64,000 nucleotides of DNA. Source: Plasmodiophora brassicae. Its lineage: Eukaryota. The stretch spans positions 372,001 through 436,000 of the forward strand of contig CP145419.1 of NCBI GenBank assembly GCA_036867785.1, read 5' to 3'. The notes beneath the pieces were generated by a model. The model was not told where the DNA came from, ran no database searches, and saw only the letters and a list, made by a program, of their open reading frames with translations. The position numbers and the translations under genes are program-made. The first letter of the stretch is position 1; each line of letters starts with the position of its first letter. This document shows, in pieces, positions 36,232 through 48,395 of the stretch.

Positions 36232-38079
36232 ATGCCGAACGCGAAGCGGGGCTCGTTCTCGTCGGCAGTGCCGGCGGATGCGGACGTAGGCAAGCGAGAA
36301 TACGCTGGGCAGCGGTGGGGTGATGCGCTCACGGACGATGCCGCGTACATTGGCGAGGATCTTCACGCTCTCGACGACCACGACCCCAACTTTGATGACA
36401 TTCAGGACCAAAAGTATGCTGCTGTTTGCGCGCGTCCTAGGCGAACGAATGCACTAATTGGATGCAGGGTTCTGATGGGAAATTTTGTTCCACCGACCCC
36501 GTCTGCGGTTAAACGGGTGGTCCATAGCAGCGAGGTAAAGGCCACCGTTCAAGACTTGGTTCACAGGTTTCTTGTGTCCTACGACACGGATGCTTTCACG
36601 ACACAACTCGAAGAGATCAACAATGTCTCCTGGACATACGAAATCCCAAAGGTCCCGTAGCGACTCTAACCATTTTTGTACTTTGAGGAGCGCTGACGAA
36701 ATCATATCAGATCATCATATCCATTAGCTTGGATTGCACTGAAGAGCAGCGGGCTGCACTGTGCGATCTGCTTCGCCATCTTGTCAACCACGGCAGCGTC
36801 ACGCGTCGCCACGTCGAAATCGCGTTTGGCCGCCTGTTGAACCGTCTCGACGATCTGTCACGTATTGATGTGCATTGCTCTAACTTCAAGTTCGGCCTAA
36901 CGGTTACCCTCATTGATAGTGGATGTTCCAAATGCCGGGGAATTGTTCCGTGAATTCTTAAGAAGGGCCGTCGCGAACGGATACTGCGACAGTGATGCCG
37001 CCGAACTGATGAGACAGGTTCATAAGCTGGCTCTTACGTCTTACGCATACGTGCTTAATGTGATACGTTCTTAGGGGTCTCTGCTGAGGGAGAATCCGGA
37101 GGAGGTTGCTCGCGTGCGTCCTCTGATCGCGAAGATGGTCGACGCGTACCTTGGCAGCGAAGACGATGTCGAAGAGGCAGATCTAGCGATTCAGAAGATC
37201 GGCGCGCCTCAGTTTGGGCACGAGATCGTGAAGAAACTGATCTATGCGGCCACGGACAAGTCTGACCGGGACTGTGAATCCGCATGCAAATTGTTGGTGC
37301 ATCTCTCGACAACTGGCACAGTATGCCCTCTTGAGATTGAGAAGGTTCCCCACAGTATCGTCGAGCTATACTACTTTGCTTACAGTAGTTCTGCTCAGGG
37401 TTTCCAGCAAATCTTGGACCTCATTGACGATGTTATCACGGACATTCCAGGCATCGTTGACCACGTTGCATGCTTTGTTGCCCGTGCTGTCAACGACGAA
37501 GTTCTGCCTCCTGCGTTCCTGACGAGAACTCGGATGGATCTGAACTTTCACGATCTGGGGATACAGGTGATTGCTGGCTCTGTTATCAACCAATGATGTT
37601 CCAGTTAATTGCCTACTGTGCAGGTCATTGATCTCGCAGAAGCGTTACTGAATCTCCATGCGCCTGGACTTTACCTGTGCTCCATCTGGGACGAGAAGAA
37701 TGCTCCCGAAGTTCAAGTACGTGTGATCGTTGCACGTAACAATCGAAATAACAGTTTGCCGTAGGCGGCAATGGGTGAAATCATCGATGAGTTCCTTGCC
37801 GCGGAGTCCAGTGAGGAAGCGCGTCGCCTGCTGAAAGCACCTCACATCGGCCCTCGTTTCATCAAACGTCTGTTCACCGTTGCGCTTGATCGGGACCGAG
37901 CAGCCATCCAGTCTTTCATCGATCTGCTATCATCCCCCGCCAGCGACTACGACCGGTGCAACATTCGCAAAGGCCTCGACCTTATCCGCAGTTGCATCGC
38001 CGATCTCAAAGTCGACGTGCCCAATGCTCCCGAACTCCTAGACCATGTCACTGCCTCCCTCAAACACGTCATATCGTGA
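36232..38079 (+). CDS. MA3-domain translation regulator (PDCD4-like); spliced
   Basis: N-terminal WG...ALDDHDPNFDD motif typical of PDCD4/MA3 proteins. MA3-like blocks such as IAKMVDAYLGSEDDVEEA...FGHEIVKKLI...GFQQILDLIDDVITDIP...VACFVARAVNDEVLPPAFL. Confidence 0.85.
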
Positions 38080-38305
38080 GCCATCCAGCGTTTGCACGGG
38101 AATTCTCTGATCTAGAGATCGAATACATTCTGATTACGTATTACCGTAATGAAAGTCGACGGTTGCGTTGATCTGCAGAAAGAGCTGTACGTTTTGGCAA
38201 TGAGATGATGCCCCCCCCAGTCCCACGGGCGGCGTCTGCGCGGCGCGCCAGGCTCCACGGAGAACCCCGCGTCATTTTCCTCTGGGCCGGTTCGTTCGTC
38301 GAGGG

Positions 38306-40693
38306 ATGGACCAAGTTGACGGCGTATCGTCGCCGCTGCGATATGGGGAGTCATCGTCTCCGGCGGTGTCGTCCGCGATTCCGAGGACGCCGTTGACGCC
38401 AGCGAGCAGCGGAGGCGTCCGTCGTGGGGAGCTGCAGGGTCATGGTGGGCGCCGTCCCGGGGTCCAGCGCCCGGCTGGCGAGCCGTTCTCCTCCGATGTT
38501 GGCGAATCGACGTCTGTCGTCTGGGGGACGACTGTCGACATTGGCGAAGCGCGGAATCGGTTTCGGGAGTTCTTCTTGACGTTTATTGATGAACGTACGG
38601 GGCATCCGAAGTATCCCGCTATTCTTCGCGAGCTTCGCCTGGTGTCGTCCCCGAACATCGGCCTCGATTGTGCGGACCTGGCTGAGGCAGACTATGGCCT
38701 GTACCAGCAGCTGATCACGTACCCGCAGGAGATTATCCCCGCGTTCGACACTGTTGTCAGTGAGCTGTGGGACCCGTCGGAGCGCGACCAAACCGCCATG
38801 ACGATCCAGGTTCGGCCATACAACCTGAAGGAGCACCACCAACTGCGCTCATTGGACCCTATTGACTTGGACAAGATCGTGTCCATCCGTGGCATGGTTA
38901 TTCGTGTCGGTCCGATTGTTCCTGACATGACTGTCGCATTCTTTCGGTGCAGTGTTTGTCACGCGGATACCAAAGTCAATGTCGACCGTGGTCAGATTCA
39001 GCAGCCGCCGCGTTGCGGTTCGTGCCAGACGAGAAACTCCCTTGCTCCTATCCACAACCGATGCGAGTTTGCCGACAAGCAGTTGATTCGGGTCCAGGAA
39101 GCCCCTGAGCTCATCCCGGATGGGGAGACGCCGCAATCGGTTGACGTTTTCGCCTGGAATGACCTTGTCGACGTTGTCCGCCCTGGTGACAGGGTAACCA
39201 TAACAGGTATCTTCCGAGCCGTTCCAGTCCGATTCAGTGCCAAGAAGAGAACGGTTCGCTCTGTCTATCGGACGTACATCGACGGGATCCACTTCCGCCG
39301 AACTGAAGCGGGTCGCCTCTCAGTTGAGCGCAGCATGTCGTCCGACGTTGCCCACCAAGAGGAAGACGACGCCATCCAGGAAATTATTGCTGAGCGCGAG
39401 GCCGAGGTACGTGCGCTTTCGCAGCGCCCGGATATTATCGACTTGCTCGTTGCGTCGCTGGCCCCGTCCATTTATGGGCACGATGATGTGAAACGGGGTC
39501 TCCTATGTCAGCTGTTCGGAGGAGCCAACAAGGACTTCAGCCAGTCCGGAACGGGACGCTTCCGCGGCGAACTCAACGTTCTGCTCTGTGGTGATCCTGG
39601 TACTGCTAAATCGCAACTGTTGCAATTTGTCCATGCGATTGCACCTCGTGGGATTTTCACGTCCGGCAAGGGAAGCTCTGCTGTCGGCTTGACCGCCTAC
39701 GTTGTTCGTGATCCGGAAACGAGGGAGTTCGTGATGGAAAGTGGTGCGCTTGTTCTTAGTGATCAAGGCGTGTGCTGCATTGATGAGTTTGACAAGATGT
39801 CTGCGACCACCCGTTCGATCCTACACGAGGTCATGGAACAGCAGACCGTATCCATCGCGAAAGCAGGCATTATTGCCACGTTGAATGCTCGAACGTCGAT
39901 CCTTGCTGCCGCTAACCCGTTGCACTCCCGCTACGACCCTTCCCTGTCTGTCGTTGAGAACATTCAGCTTCCACCGACCCTGCTATCCCGGTTCGACTTG
40001 GTTTATCTCATTCTTGACCGGATTGGAGAAAGCCACGACCGGCGCCTGGCCGCGCATATCATTGGCATGTACCAAGAAACCAACGGTAACGAGCGTGAAG
40101 TTGACGATCCCAGCAGGCTGCTTTCGATCCCGCAGCTGACGTCTTACATTTCCTACGCGCGATCGAAAATCAATCCGTCTATCTCTGAAGAGGCAGCTGA
40201 AGCACTTGTAACCGGCTACGTTCGCATGCGATCTCTTGGGCAAACCGCCAACAGGCAGATTATTACTGCTACTCCCCGTCAACTTGACTCCTTGATCCGC
40301 TTGTCGGAATCACTTGCGAAGATGCGGCTAAGCACGATCGTGACACAGGAGGATGTTCAGGAAGCTCTGCGGCTCATGGATGTATCTACTGGGCAGTCGG
40401 CAACCGATCCAACGACGGGCATTGTCGATATCGACATGTTCACTACAGGTATCTCGGCGACCGCCAGGCGCGAAATTCAGGAGCATGGGAGCAAGCTCGA
40501 GAGTCTGCTCAAGGCACTACCGGCCAAGGCGATACGAATGGGCGAGTTGATGCGCAGATTTAACGAACAGGAAGGCCTCGAACTTGGCAGCGCCGAATTC
40601 AAGCGCGTCGTCGATGTCCTGGCGGACATGTCAACCATCCGCGTCACCCAGCGCGCTGCGGGCGACAACTGCGAGATTCGGTACCTCGGCTAA
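38306..40693 (+). CDS. MCM4: DNA replication licensing factor MCM4 (intronless, 795 aa)
   Basis: S/T-P-rich N-terminus, VVWGTTV, zinc finger CSVC...CGSC, Walker A GDPGTAKSQ, CCIDEFDKM, arginine finger SRFD and ATPRQL. Confidence 0.97.
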   Translation: MDQVDGVSSPLRYGESSSPAVSSAIPRTPLTPASSGGVRRGELQGHGGRRPGVQRPAGEPFSSDVGESTSVVWGTTVDIGEARNRFREFFLTFIDERTGHPKYPAILRELRLVSSPNIGLDCADLAEADYGLYQQLITYPQEIIPAFDTVVSELWDPSERDQTAMTIQVRPYNLKEHHQLRSLDPIDLDKIVSIRGMVIRVGPIVPDMTVAFFRCSVCHADTKVNVDRGQIQQPPRCGSCQTRNSLAPIHNRCEFADKQLIRVQEAPELIPDGETPQSVDVFAWNDLVDVVRPGDRVTITGIFRAVPVRFSAKKRTVRSVYRTYIDGIHFRRTEAGRLSVERSMSSDVAHQEEDDAIQEIIAEREAEVRALSQRPDIIDLLVASLAPSIYGHDDVKRGLLCQLFGGANKDFSQSGTGRFRGELNVLLCGDPGTAKSQLLQFVHAIAPRGIFTSGKGSSAVGLTAYVVRDPETREFVMESGALVLSDQGVCCIDEFDKMSATTRSILHEVMEQQTVSIAKAGIIATLNARTSILAAANPLHSRYDPSLSVVENIQLPPTLLSRFDLVYLILDRIGESHDRRLAAHIIGMYQETNGNEREVDDPSRLLSIPQLTSYISYARSKINPSISEEAAEALVTGYVRMRSLGQTANRQIITATPRQLDSLIRLSESLAKMRLSTIVTQEDVQEALRLMDVSTGQSATDPTTGIVDIDMFTTGISATARREIQEHGSKLESLLKALPAKAIRMGELMRRFNEQEGLELGSAEFKRVVDVLADMSTIRVTQRAAGDNCEIRYLG

Positions 40694-40749
40694 GCTGATC
40701 TACTGCAACGTCGCATTATTCAGATGAATGAATAGTGTTAGCATCACTG

Positions 40750-43096
40750 CTATATAGCGTCCACTTGAGGCATGGCCCCACACAGTCTTTCGTAGACGGG
40801 ATTGTGCTGAGCACTGAGCTCTCTCGGAGAGCCCTGGGCGACGACTCGGCCGCGTTCCATGATTACGATATGGTCAGCCTGGTTGAAAACGTTGGGGTCG
40901 TGCGACACGATCAACAATGTCGCGCCGTTGGCCCGGACCCACTTGAGCAGGCGAGGTAAGATAAACTGGTGCTTCTTCAGGGCGTCCATTTTCATCAGCG
41001 CCTCATCCTGGTCGACCAGGGTCAGAAGCGCGCAGCATGGCCTGAGTATGACCTGGTTTACCAGAATGCAGAATCGAACAGATGGCCCTCTTAGGAAGAC
41101 GCGAGCCAACGCCACCGCTTGAGATAACCCTCCCGATATTTCCTCGGTCCGCTGCGAAAGCACAGGGTGGCGGCTCATTCGTTCTGCCAGGGTGATCAAC
41201 TGCTGAAGGCGCGGCATGACAGGATCGATCTGTGCTGCCGACGGAAAATCATCATAAAGGAAGACTCCAGCCGCCTCGGCTGCGGCTTCGACTATGGGTG
41301 GCGAATTGTTAGAGATGCACAGCAGTGCCCAGGAACGTATACGAACTCTCCATTTCTGTTGCGGTAGGCTTGGCAATGCGAATGTTGTCGATGATTGTGC
41401 CTGCGACCAAGTACGGCTCATGTGACAGGTAGGAGATGTGATCCCGAAAGAACGACCGATCGATATGCTCGAACGGAACACTGTCGAGCCTAATGACCGC
41501 ATTTCAGCTGCGTTCTAACGTTCTGACATTCGCCCAACGTGTACATTATTCGTGTCCCTTTGTGTGGGGACAGGAGTTTCATGATGATGCGCAGCAGAGT
41601 GGACTTTCCGGACCCGTTCTACAAGATCATTAACCATCAACTAGCCACTGACGTGAACATACGTACGGGTCCAGCAAGAGCGTATACTCTCCCCTTTTCA
41701 AATCGGATCTGACTGTGAATGTCAAGCGCAAAGGGCCCACTGGACTTGTACCGGTAAACAACAGATTCGAGAACCAAGGCGTTGAAGTGAAGCCTCTACA
41801 TAAAAACACAGTACGCTTCAGTTCTTGCACGTTAGGGCATTCTGCAACACCAAGTTACCTTCCGCGTAGGAGAAGGCCTGCGAGAGGGCGCAAACGGTCG
41901 CGAGGTTAAGATTGACGTTATTCCACATGGGCTTGTGATCGTTGAGTAGAAATCACCCAAGAGCCGAAGCAGACGAACAGCAAGACGAACCGCGTAGTCG
42001 ACGTCATTCTGCACAGTGCGGTACGTCTGATGGTCGATTTTCGAGCGATGCATCACCCGCTTGGCCGTCACGACTTCATAGGCAAAGTCGATGATTCCCC
42101 GTGTTGACAGTGCCCGGGAAAGGTTCTGTACCATCAGGACCGGTAATGATAGCGGCGTGCAGATCGCCTGATTGACAGCATCGATACGATCCAGATGCGT
42201 GTCCTGAAGATTGCCGCACTGTATAGCAGGCAAGTCTGAAGGAACGTCCGTCAGAATGGCCTCTCGAAAGGAACCTAGCCGCCTACTTTCGATGATATCA
42301 TCAATGACAGTCTCCCGATTCTTCTTGGCAGCTTCGACCTGATGACCATCTCCGTTGTCCTCCGTCACAAACCTCGCATAGGTCGCGCTGATGATCTGGA
42401 CAACGACCGGGCGAATAATGGCGAGAATGTCCACTTGCTGTCTTCTCGCGTACAGATCCGCGACCTGCCGATCTGCTCACCAAACCGCTATCAGATCGCC
42501 CCGCGTGCAGCGGCCCAATTCCCCCGTCGTATTTACAGAGGGCAACACCACCCCTGCATATCGCTGGCATGGTCGTGTTCACCAGGCCGATCGTCCCGTT
42601 GATTTCTCCGTCTATAAGCTCGGCGATCTGCTCGTTCTTCAGGTCGACGTCGTACAGCTTCTTGTAGATCCGCTGGATCAGGCCGATATCCCCATGCAGA
42701 ATACGCTGCATGACGAGTCGGTACACGATTGCCCGCTGGCGTCCCTCGATCCGATCGTGACAGATTTGATCGACAGCAACGAGCGCGGCATACAGCATCG
42801 CCTCAAAGATGTACGTGCCGAGGGCTAACCGCGAGTACAACCCGCCCTTGATCAACTGATGCTCGATTTCCGTCCTCCTCTGCCGTAGCCTCTGGGCGAT
42901 CTTCCGTCTCGACAGATACCTGAACGCCGGTCAGATCGCTCGACCACGAACGTCAACGATGGGGTCACCATGGCGCAATCTCTGTCAGCAAAGGCACGAC
43001 GTAGTTCGCCACGATCGAGTAAATGAAGGTCGGGCGCAGGCGCACCCAGAACAGGACATAGTGCTCCAGCAGCGGCGATCGGCGTCTGACGCCCAT
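40750..43096 (-). CDS. Divergent ABC half-transporter (TMD + NBD, ABCB-like); spliced
   Basis: Walker A split by an intron (ALAGP|NGSGKSTLL), signature ISGGLSQAVALARVFL, Walker B CIL|DEALMKMD, H-loop LLIVSHD and C-terminal DHIVIMERGRVVAQGSPRELS. Upstream hydrophobic exons at 41832-43096. Start uncertain. Confidence 0.75.
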
Positions 43097-43382
43097 GACC
43101 AGCAGCAGCGGGTGCCGAAGCGACGACCCCCAGACGCACCTGGCCAAAGCGCAGCCCTGCCGCGATCTGCTGCCAGGTAACCGACACCGGCACACGAGCG
43201 CACTGCACCGGTTCCTGTATTGAGCAGCTCTCCGCACAATATAAACGCAGCGGCACGCGTTTGGGGGTGGTCCGGTGGTGCCTGTCGTCGCCCTGTTCCC
43301 CCCGATTTGGCCCACTGCTGCCCAGGGAGACGCGTCCATTGTCACGGAGTTCGGGGACACGTTGTTGTCTCGATCGACGACC

Positions 43383-44999
43383 ATGCTGGCCGGGCGCCGT
43401 CGCCTGTCGTCATTGGCGCGGTCGGCGCTGCATGAGGCGCTGGTCCCGCTGGTGGACAAGCGTCGCGCGGATCTGCTGGACCTGAAGAAGAACTATGGGA
43501 AGTGCGAGATGGGAACGGTGACCGTGGCACAGGTGCGTTTGTCCGCGGGACGTCGTCTACCTTGCTTAACGGATGGTCGCAACAGATCATTGGAGGCATG
43601 CGAGGTGTCAATGGTCTCCTGACGGAGACGTCGCTGCTGGACGCGGAGTATGGCATCAAGTTTCGCGGGTTGTCCATACCTGAAATGAATGAGAGGCTGC
43701 CGAACCGCGAAGGGCACCACCAGCCAATGACGGAGGCGGTGCTTTGGTTGCTGATGACGGGCAATGTGCCATCGCTTGACCAGTGCGAGCTAGTCTGCGA
43801 CGATCTGCACGCGAGAGCGCGTAACCTGCCAAGGCACGTCGTCGATGCTATCGACCGGTATCCCAAGGAAATGCATCCGATGACACAGCTGTCGTCTGCT
43901 GTTCTCGCTATGCAGACGACGAGTAAGTTCGCGGCTGCATATGCCAAGGGTGCGCCCAAGACAGAGCTGTGGACCTATGCGTTAGGTGAGAACCGACCCG
44001 CTCGTGCTTCATCCCTTTGCTGACCCCGTGTAGACGACAGTCTGGACCTGATTGCCCGTTTGCCGGAAGCGGCTGCCCGAATCTATTGTAACCTGTTCAA
44101 GAACGGGAAAGTCAACCCGCACGACAAATCTCTTGACTGGTCGGGCAACTTCGCGAGGATGCTGGGCTTCACAGACCCGATCATGGATGACCTTATGCGA
44201 ATGTACATGAACATCCATTCCGATCACGAGGGCGGAAACGTCAGTGCGCATACGTGCCACCTTGTCGGGTCTGCATTGGCGGATCCTTACCTGTCGTTCT
44301 CTGCGGCCCTTAACGGCCTTGCTGGGCCCCTTCACGGGCTTGCCAATCAGGTACGTTACATGTGCACACGTCCGCATGTCATGCTAGTCACTGGATGCGT
44401 TCTAGGAAGTTTTGCGCTGGATCGTCGAGCTTCGAGGTAGGCTTGGGGAAGGCGAAATAACAAAGGAACGCCTCACAGACGCTGTCTGGGAGACACTAAA
44501 CAAGGGCCAGGTGGGCTCCTTGTCTTGGCTGCATGCCGTGGCCAGCGATGACGTGTGAAGCGTGTAGGTGATTCCAGGTTACGGTCACGCCGTCCTGCGC
44601 AAGACAGATCCTCGGTATACATGCCAGCGGGAGTTCGCCCTAAAGTAGTGCACCCATTGTCGTGAACCCCTGGACAGCTCTCATGACGTTGCTGTGCCTA
44701 GGTGGATGCCAGACGATCCCATGTTTAAACTCGTCAGCGATCTGTACGAAGTCGTACCCAAGGTCCTCACCGAGCACGGCAAGACGGCGAACCCGTGGCC
44801 CAACGTCGACGCGCACAGCGGCGTCCTCCTGCAGCACTACGGCCTCACCCAGGGCTCCTTCTATACCGTCCTGTTCGGCCTCAGCCGATCCATCGGCGTC
44901 CTCGCCAGCCTCGTCAACGACCGCATCGTCGGGCTGCCCATCGAGCGCCCCAAGAGCTGGACCTCTGCATCGATTCGCGCGCACTGCACGAAACCCTGA
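43383..44999 (+). CDS. CS: Citrate synthase, mitochondrial type; spliced
   Basis: Arg-rich presequence [70 protein letters not shown] and [11 protein letters not shown]. Confidence 0.97.
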
Positions 45000-45150
45000 C
45001 AGGGTGACCCGGCAGGTATGTAGGTCGCGACCCCCCACTAAACCAAAACGGCGACAGTCTCGGCACGACTGAGGGTGTTACAGCAGCGGCACTTTCATAC
45101 AGAACTGCACACCGGCGGACGGGGACGGGTTGCCGGTCGGCGGGTGGGCG

Positions 45151-46585
45151 ATGACGGCGGCGCCCGAGTACGAAGAGGTCGTCGACGCCGGGCAGATCCG
45201 CCGGCGATGCGCTGGCGCAGACGACGGTGGCGTACGTGTGGAGCCGCCACCCGATCAGGCGCATCTGTCGCGGGTCGTTCGCCTGCGAGGCCTGCCGTTC
45301 CCGGTCACGCAGGATGACGTCCGCGCGTTCTTCGGTCGGGTTGGCGTTGAATCGATGGTGGTGTGCCGGAATGAGTGCGGTCTGTCGACGGGCGAGGCGT
45401 ACGTGCGTGTGGCGTCGCTGACCGATGTCGGCGTGGCGCTGTCGATGCACCTGGGCCCCATTCGCGGCCGGTATATCGAGGTGTTCCTGTCGGACAATAA
45501 CAAGTTTCATGCCGCGGTGGAGTTCAACGACGCTGTGGACAAGGCGCGTAGAATGCGAACGTCGACCTCGTTCCACGCGTCGTGCACGCAGAACCAGACC
45601 CGCGCGTACATCCGCATGCGGGGATTGCCCTATGATTGCACGGACGCTGATGTGACCCGGTTCTTCCGCCCGGTCCACGCTGCACCGACCCGTATCGCAT
45701 GGTGCTCCGAGAAGCGATGCGAGTGCATCGTCGAGCTCGGGCCTGACGTCGACGCCTGTCGGGCGATGACCTGCAATGGGAACTACATCGGCAAGCGCTA
45801 CGTAGAACTGGCGCCGTCCTCGATCGCGGGATTCATCGAGGCGGCTCGCTATGCGACGGCAAATGCAGTGTGTGTTCGTCGCGTGATCAAGCACGTGCGG
45901 CTGACACGTTGTCGGTACAGGCGCCGACGAAAGGCAAGCCACGTATTCGTCACGAACCCGGGCCCGGTTGCGTCGTGCGTATGCGAGGGTTACCGTATGG
46001 ATGTACAGAGGCGGAAATCGTCGAGTTCTTCGGGTACGCTCGCCACGTCTTGGTCCCTGTCGCGCGTTGTGATCGTCGAACCAGGGCATGCAACGTCGCC
46101 ACTGGCTCGGTTCGGATCGAGGAGGACAGCTGTGGACGCGTGACGGGTACGGCGTGGGCATCGTTCCACACGCCTGCTGACGCCAAGCGCGCGGTCGCTC
46201 TTCGCAACAAGCGATACATCGGCTGTCGGTACATCGACCTCGACTCGGTGGATGACCGTTTGCGCGCCGCGCGAGAGTCTCGACCGGAGTCTCGATTCGC
46301 CTCCTCTGTCATTCTGAAGGGGCTTTCGCATTGCGTTACAGAGAACGACATCGATCGCTTCTTCAGGTCTAAGCTTGGGTACTTTCGTTGGCCGGTGGAC
46401 CTGACCGTGTGCTTAGAGGGTACCGCATAGCACCCGGTTCAGTCGAGGTCCGACGGGACACATCTGGAATGCCCATCGGCGTGGCGTTTGTCCGTTTCGT
46501 CAACGTCGCCGAGGCGGCTCGTGCTGTCGCAGATCTCAACGGCGGCAGCATCGGGGACCGATACATCACGCTGAGCATGCGCTAG
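45151..46585 (+). CDS. hnRNP F/H / ESRP / RBM12-like RNA-binding protein with four quasi-RRMs; spliced
   Basis: Repeated qRRM motifs VVRLRGLPF...GEAYV...RYIEVF, YIRMRGLPY...RYVEL, VVRMRGLPY...RYIDL and VILKGLS...GVAFVRF...RYITL. Confidence 0.85.
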
Positions 46586-47217
46586 CCGCGCCAATACGCT
46601 CCCGCCCGCCATACATACGCGTCCAATGCATTCACCAAGCGCCAACAACACTCTGTATTGGTTCCCCCGTCTTCGTGTACAGAAGAAAGGGTCGAGCCAG
46701 GCCACGAAACTAGGTGTCGGTTCCCTGGGGTACCTGCAGTCAGGCGGGTGTTCGTCGGGGCGAACATCGACGTCGACGTTCCGCACGGCCAATCACCGAC
46801 CTCCGTTCCATCGACGCTATTCGGCCTGTGCCTCTGCGTAATACCATACGTCGCACGTGAATACGTCCAGGTGCTGCAAGAACGCGACGGACGAGTGTCT
46901 AGACTTGCCAGTCACGTCATGCACGATGTGGAGCACTCTCTCATCATGTCACTGACGGCGCGCTGGCCAGCGCTCCACCGTACCATGTCGCACCGTGTAA
47001 CCGACCCACCTGCAGGCAGGCCGGGACACGCGATGCACGCGGCATCCTTTCTGCACCTGACGAGGTTACTCTACACTAGCAGGGGGCAACAGTCTTGCAT
47101 ACGGTGCAGGAGGGTTTGTAATCGGATGCGACCCACTCGGCGTCGGCCGGTTGGCGTCCACCTCATCGGAAACGGACGACGCACCCTCCTGGGATCGCTT
47201 ACGACGACGCCGTACCT

Positions 47218-47952
47218 TCACGGCCTGCGTTCCAGGTCAGAAACGAAGGATATGCCAAACGATGGCCGTGATCCTACCTTGCTGGATTCAGGCTCGTCCG
47301 CCAGGCTGACGGCGCTGGCCCTGGCGCGCTTGTTTGCATTGCCCTGCTGCTTCTTTGTGGCCGTGGCGCCTCGCCCGTTCTGCCGATCGTACGTTGCGGC
47401 CGCGTGTTCCGTAACGTCGGCCCAGAACTGTTCCGTGTCTAGAAGCGTCAGGATCGCCGCCTTGGACGCGTCGGGCAGCGATTTCCACGTGTCCATCCTA
47501 TCGACGATACCATTGGCAACGGATCGCAGGGCAGGGGTCGCCGTCGACTGCTTCAGCGCTCCGATACGGTCCCGCAGGCGATCGAGAACGCGATCGACGA
47601 GGAACATGTTGACTTCGTTCAGCAGGTCGAGCCGGTCCTTGACCGACATAAACCGATTGAAGCCCGATGGTATCTGTCGAACCGTGTAATCGCCGGTGGT
47701 CTGGCCCACGGCGATCATGCCCCGCAACGACCGCGCATCGTTGAGTCGGCGCTCCTCACTGCCGACCTTGTCCCAGGCCGAATGGATGTGATCGCGCAGG
47801 CGCACGACCAAATCGGTGCACACGGTCACATCGATATCCAGGCTCCGGGTCGCCTGCCGGTCGGCGCTCGCTACCGGCGAGGACGTCTCGCCACTCTCCG
47901 GTGAGGGCGTCTCGTCAGTCTGCGGCGTCGCGGGACTGTTCGCTGCATCCAT
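47218..47952 (-). CDS. Hypothetical protein; 3' exons probably continue below 47218
   Basis: Long ORF from MDAANSPATP, mostly helical, ending at a donor-like AAG|gtagga. No domain recognised. Confidence 0.45.
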   Translation of the reverse strand: MDAANSPATPQTDETPSPESGETSSPVASADRQATRSLDIDVTVCTDLVVRLRDHIHSAWDKVGSEERRLNDARSLRGMIAVGQTTGDYTVRQIPSGFNRFMSVKDRLDLLNEVNMFLVDRVLDRLRDRIGALKQSTATPALRSVANGIVDRMDTWKSLPDASKAAILTLLDTEQFWADVTEHAAATYDRQNGRGATATKKQQGNANKRARASAVSLADEPESSKVGSRPSFGISFVSDLERRP

Positions 47953-48395
47953 TGTCCGACGGAGACGACGGACGCGTCGGGCATCGTGGTTTATTTTAAG
48001 CAACGCCCTGTGTGCGGGACGCAGAGCCCGGACAGGCCGGCGTGTAACGCTTCGCGATTGTTTCGGCGTTTGCGCGCTCTTCAGGTGCAGGGCGCGGCCA
48101 ACCGGTACAAGACCCGTGGCCACCCCGTCGCCTGTTCATCCAGGCTTTCAGCGCTCGGCGAGTGCTACGAGGATGACTACGTTCGCTGACGTCCCTCGAC
48201 CGACACCGGATGCCAGCAAGCACGGGGCACGATTCACGATGGACATCGGACGTCCAGAAGGAGTTGAGTACGATCGGCTGGGCCGAAACCTGACCGCCAG
48301 GCAGGTCCAGTTGACTAGGTATGATGCCGCATTGCTGGAACCTGGTGACTGTGGTGACTGTCTATGCTGTGATGGTATATTGACTTTGGACGGGG

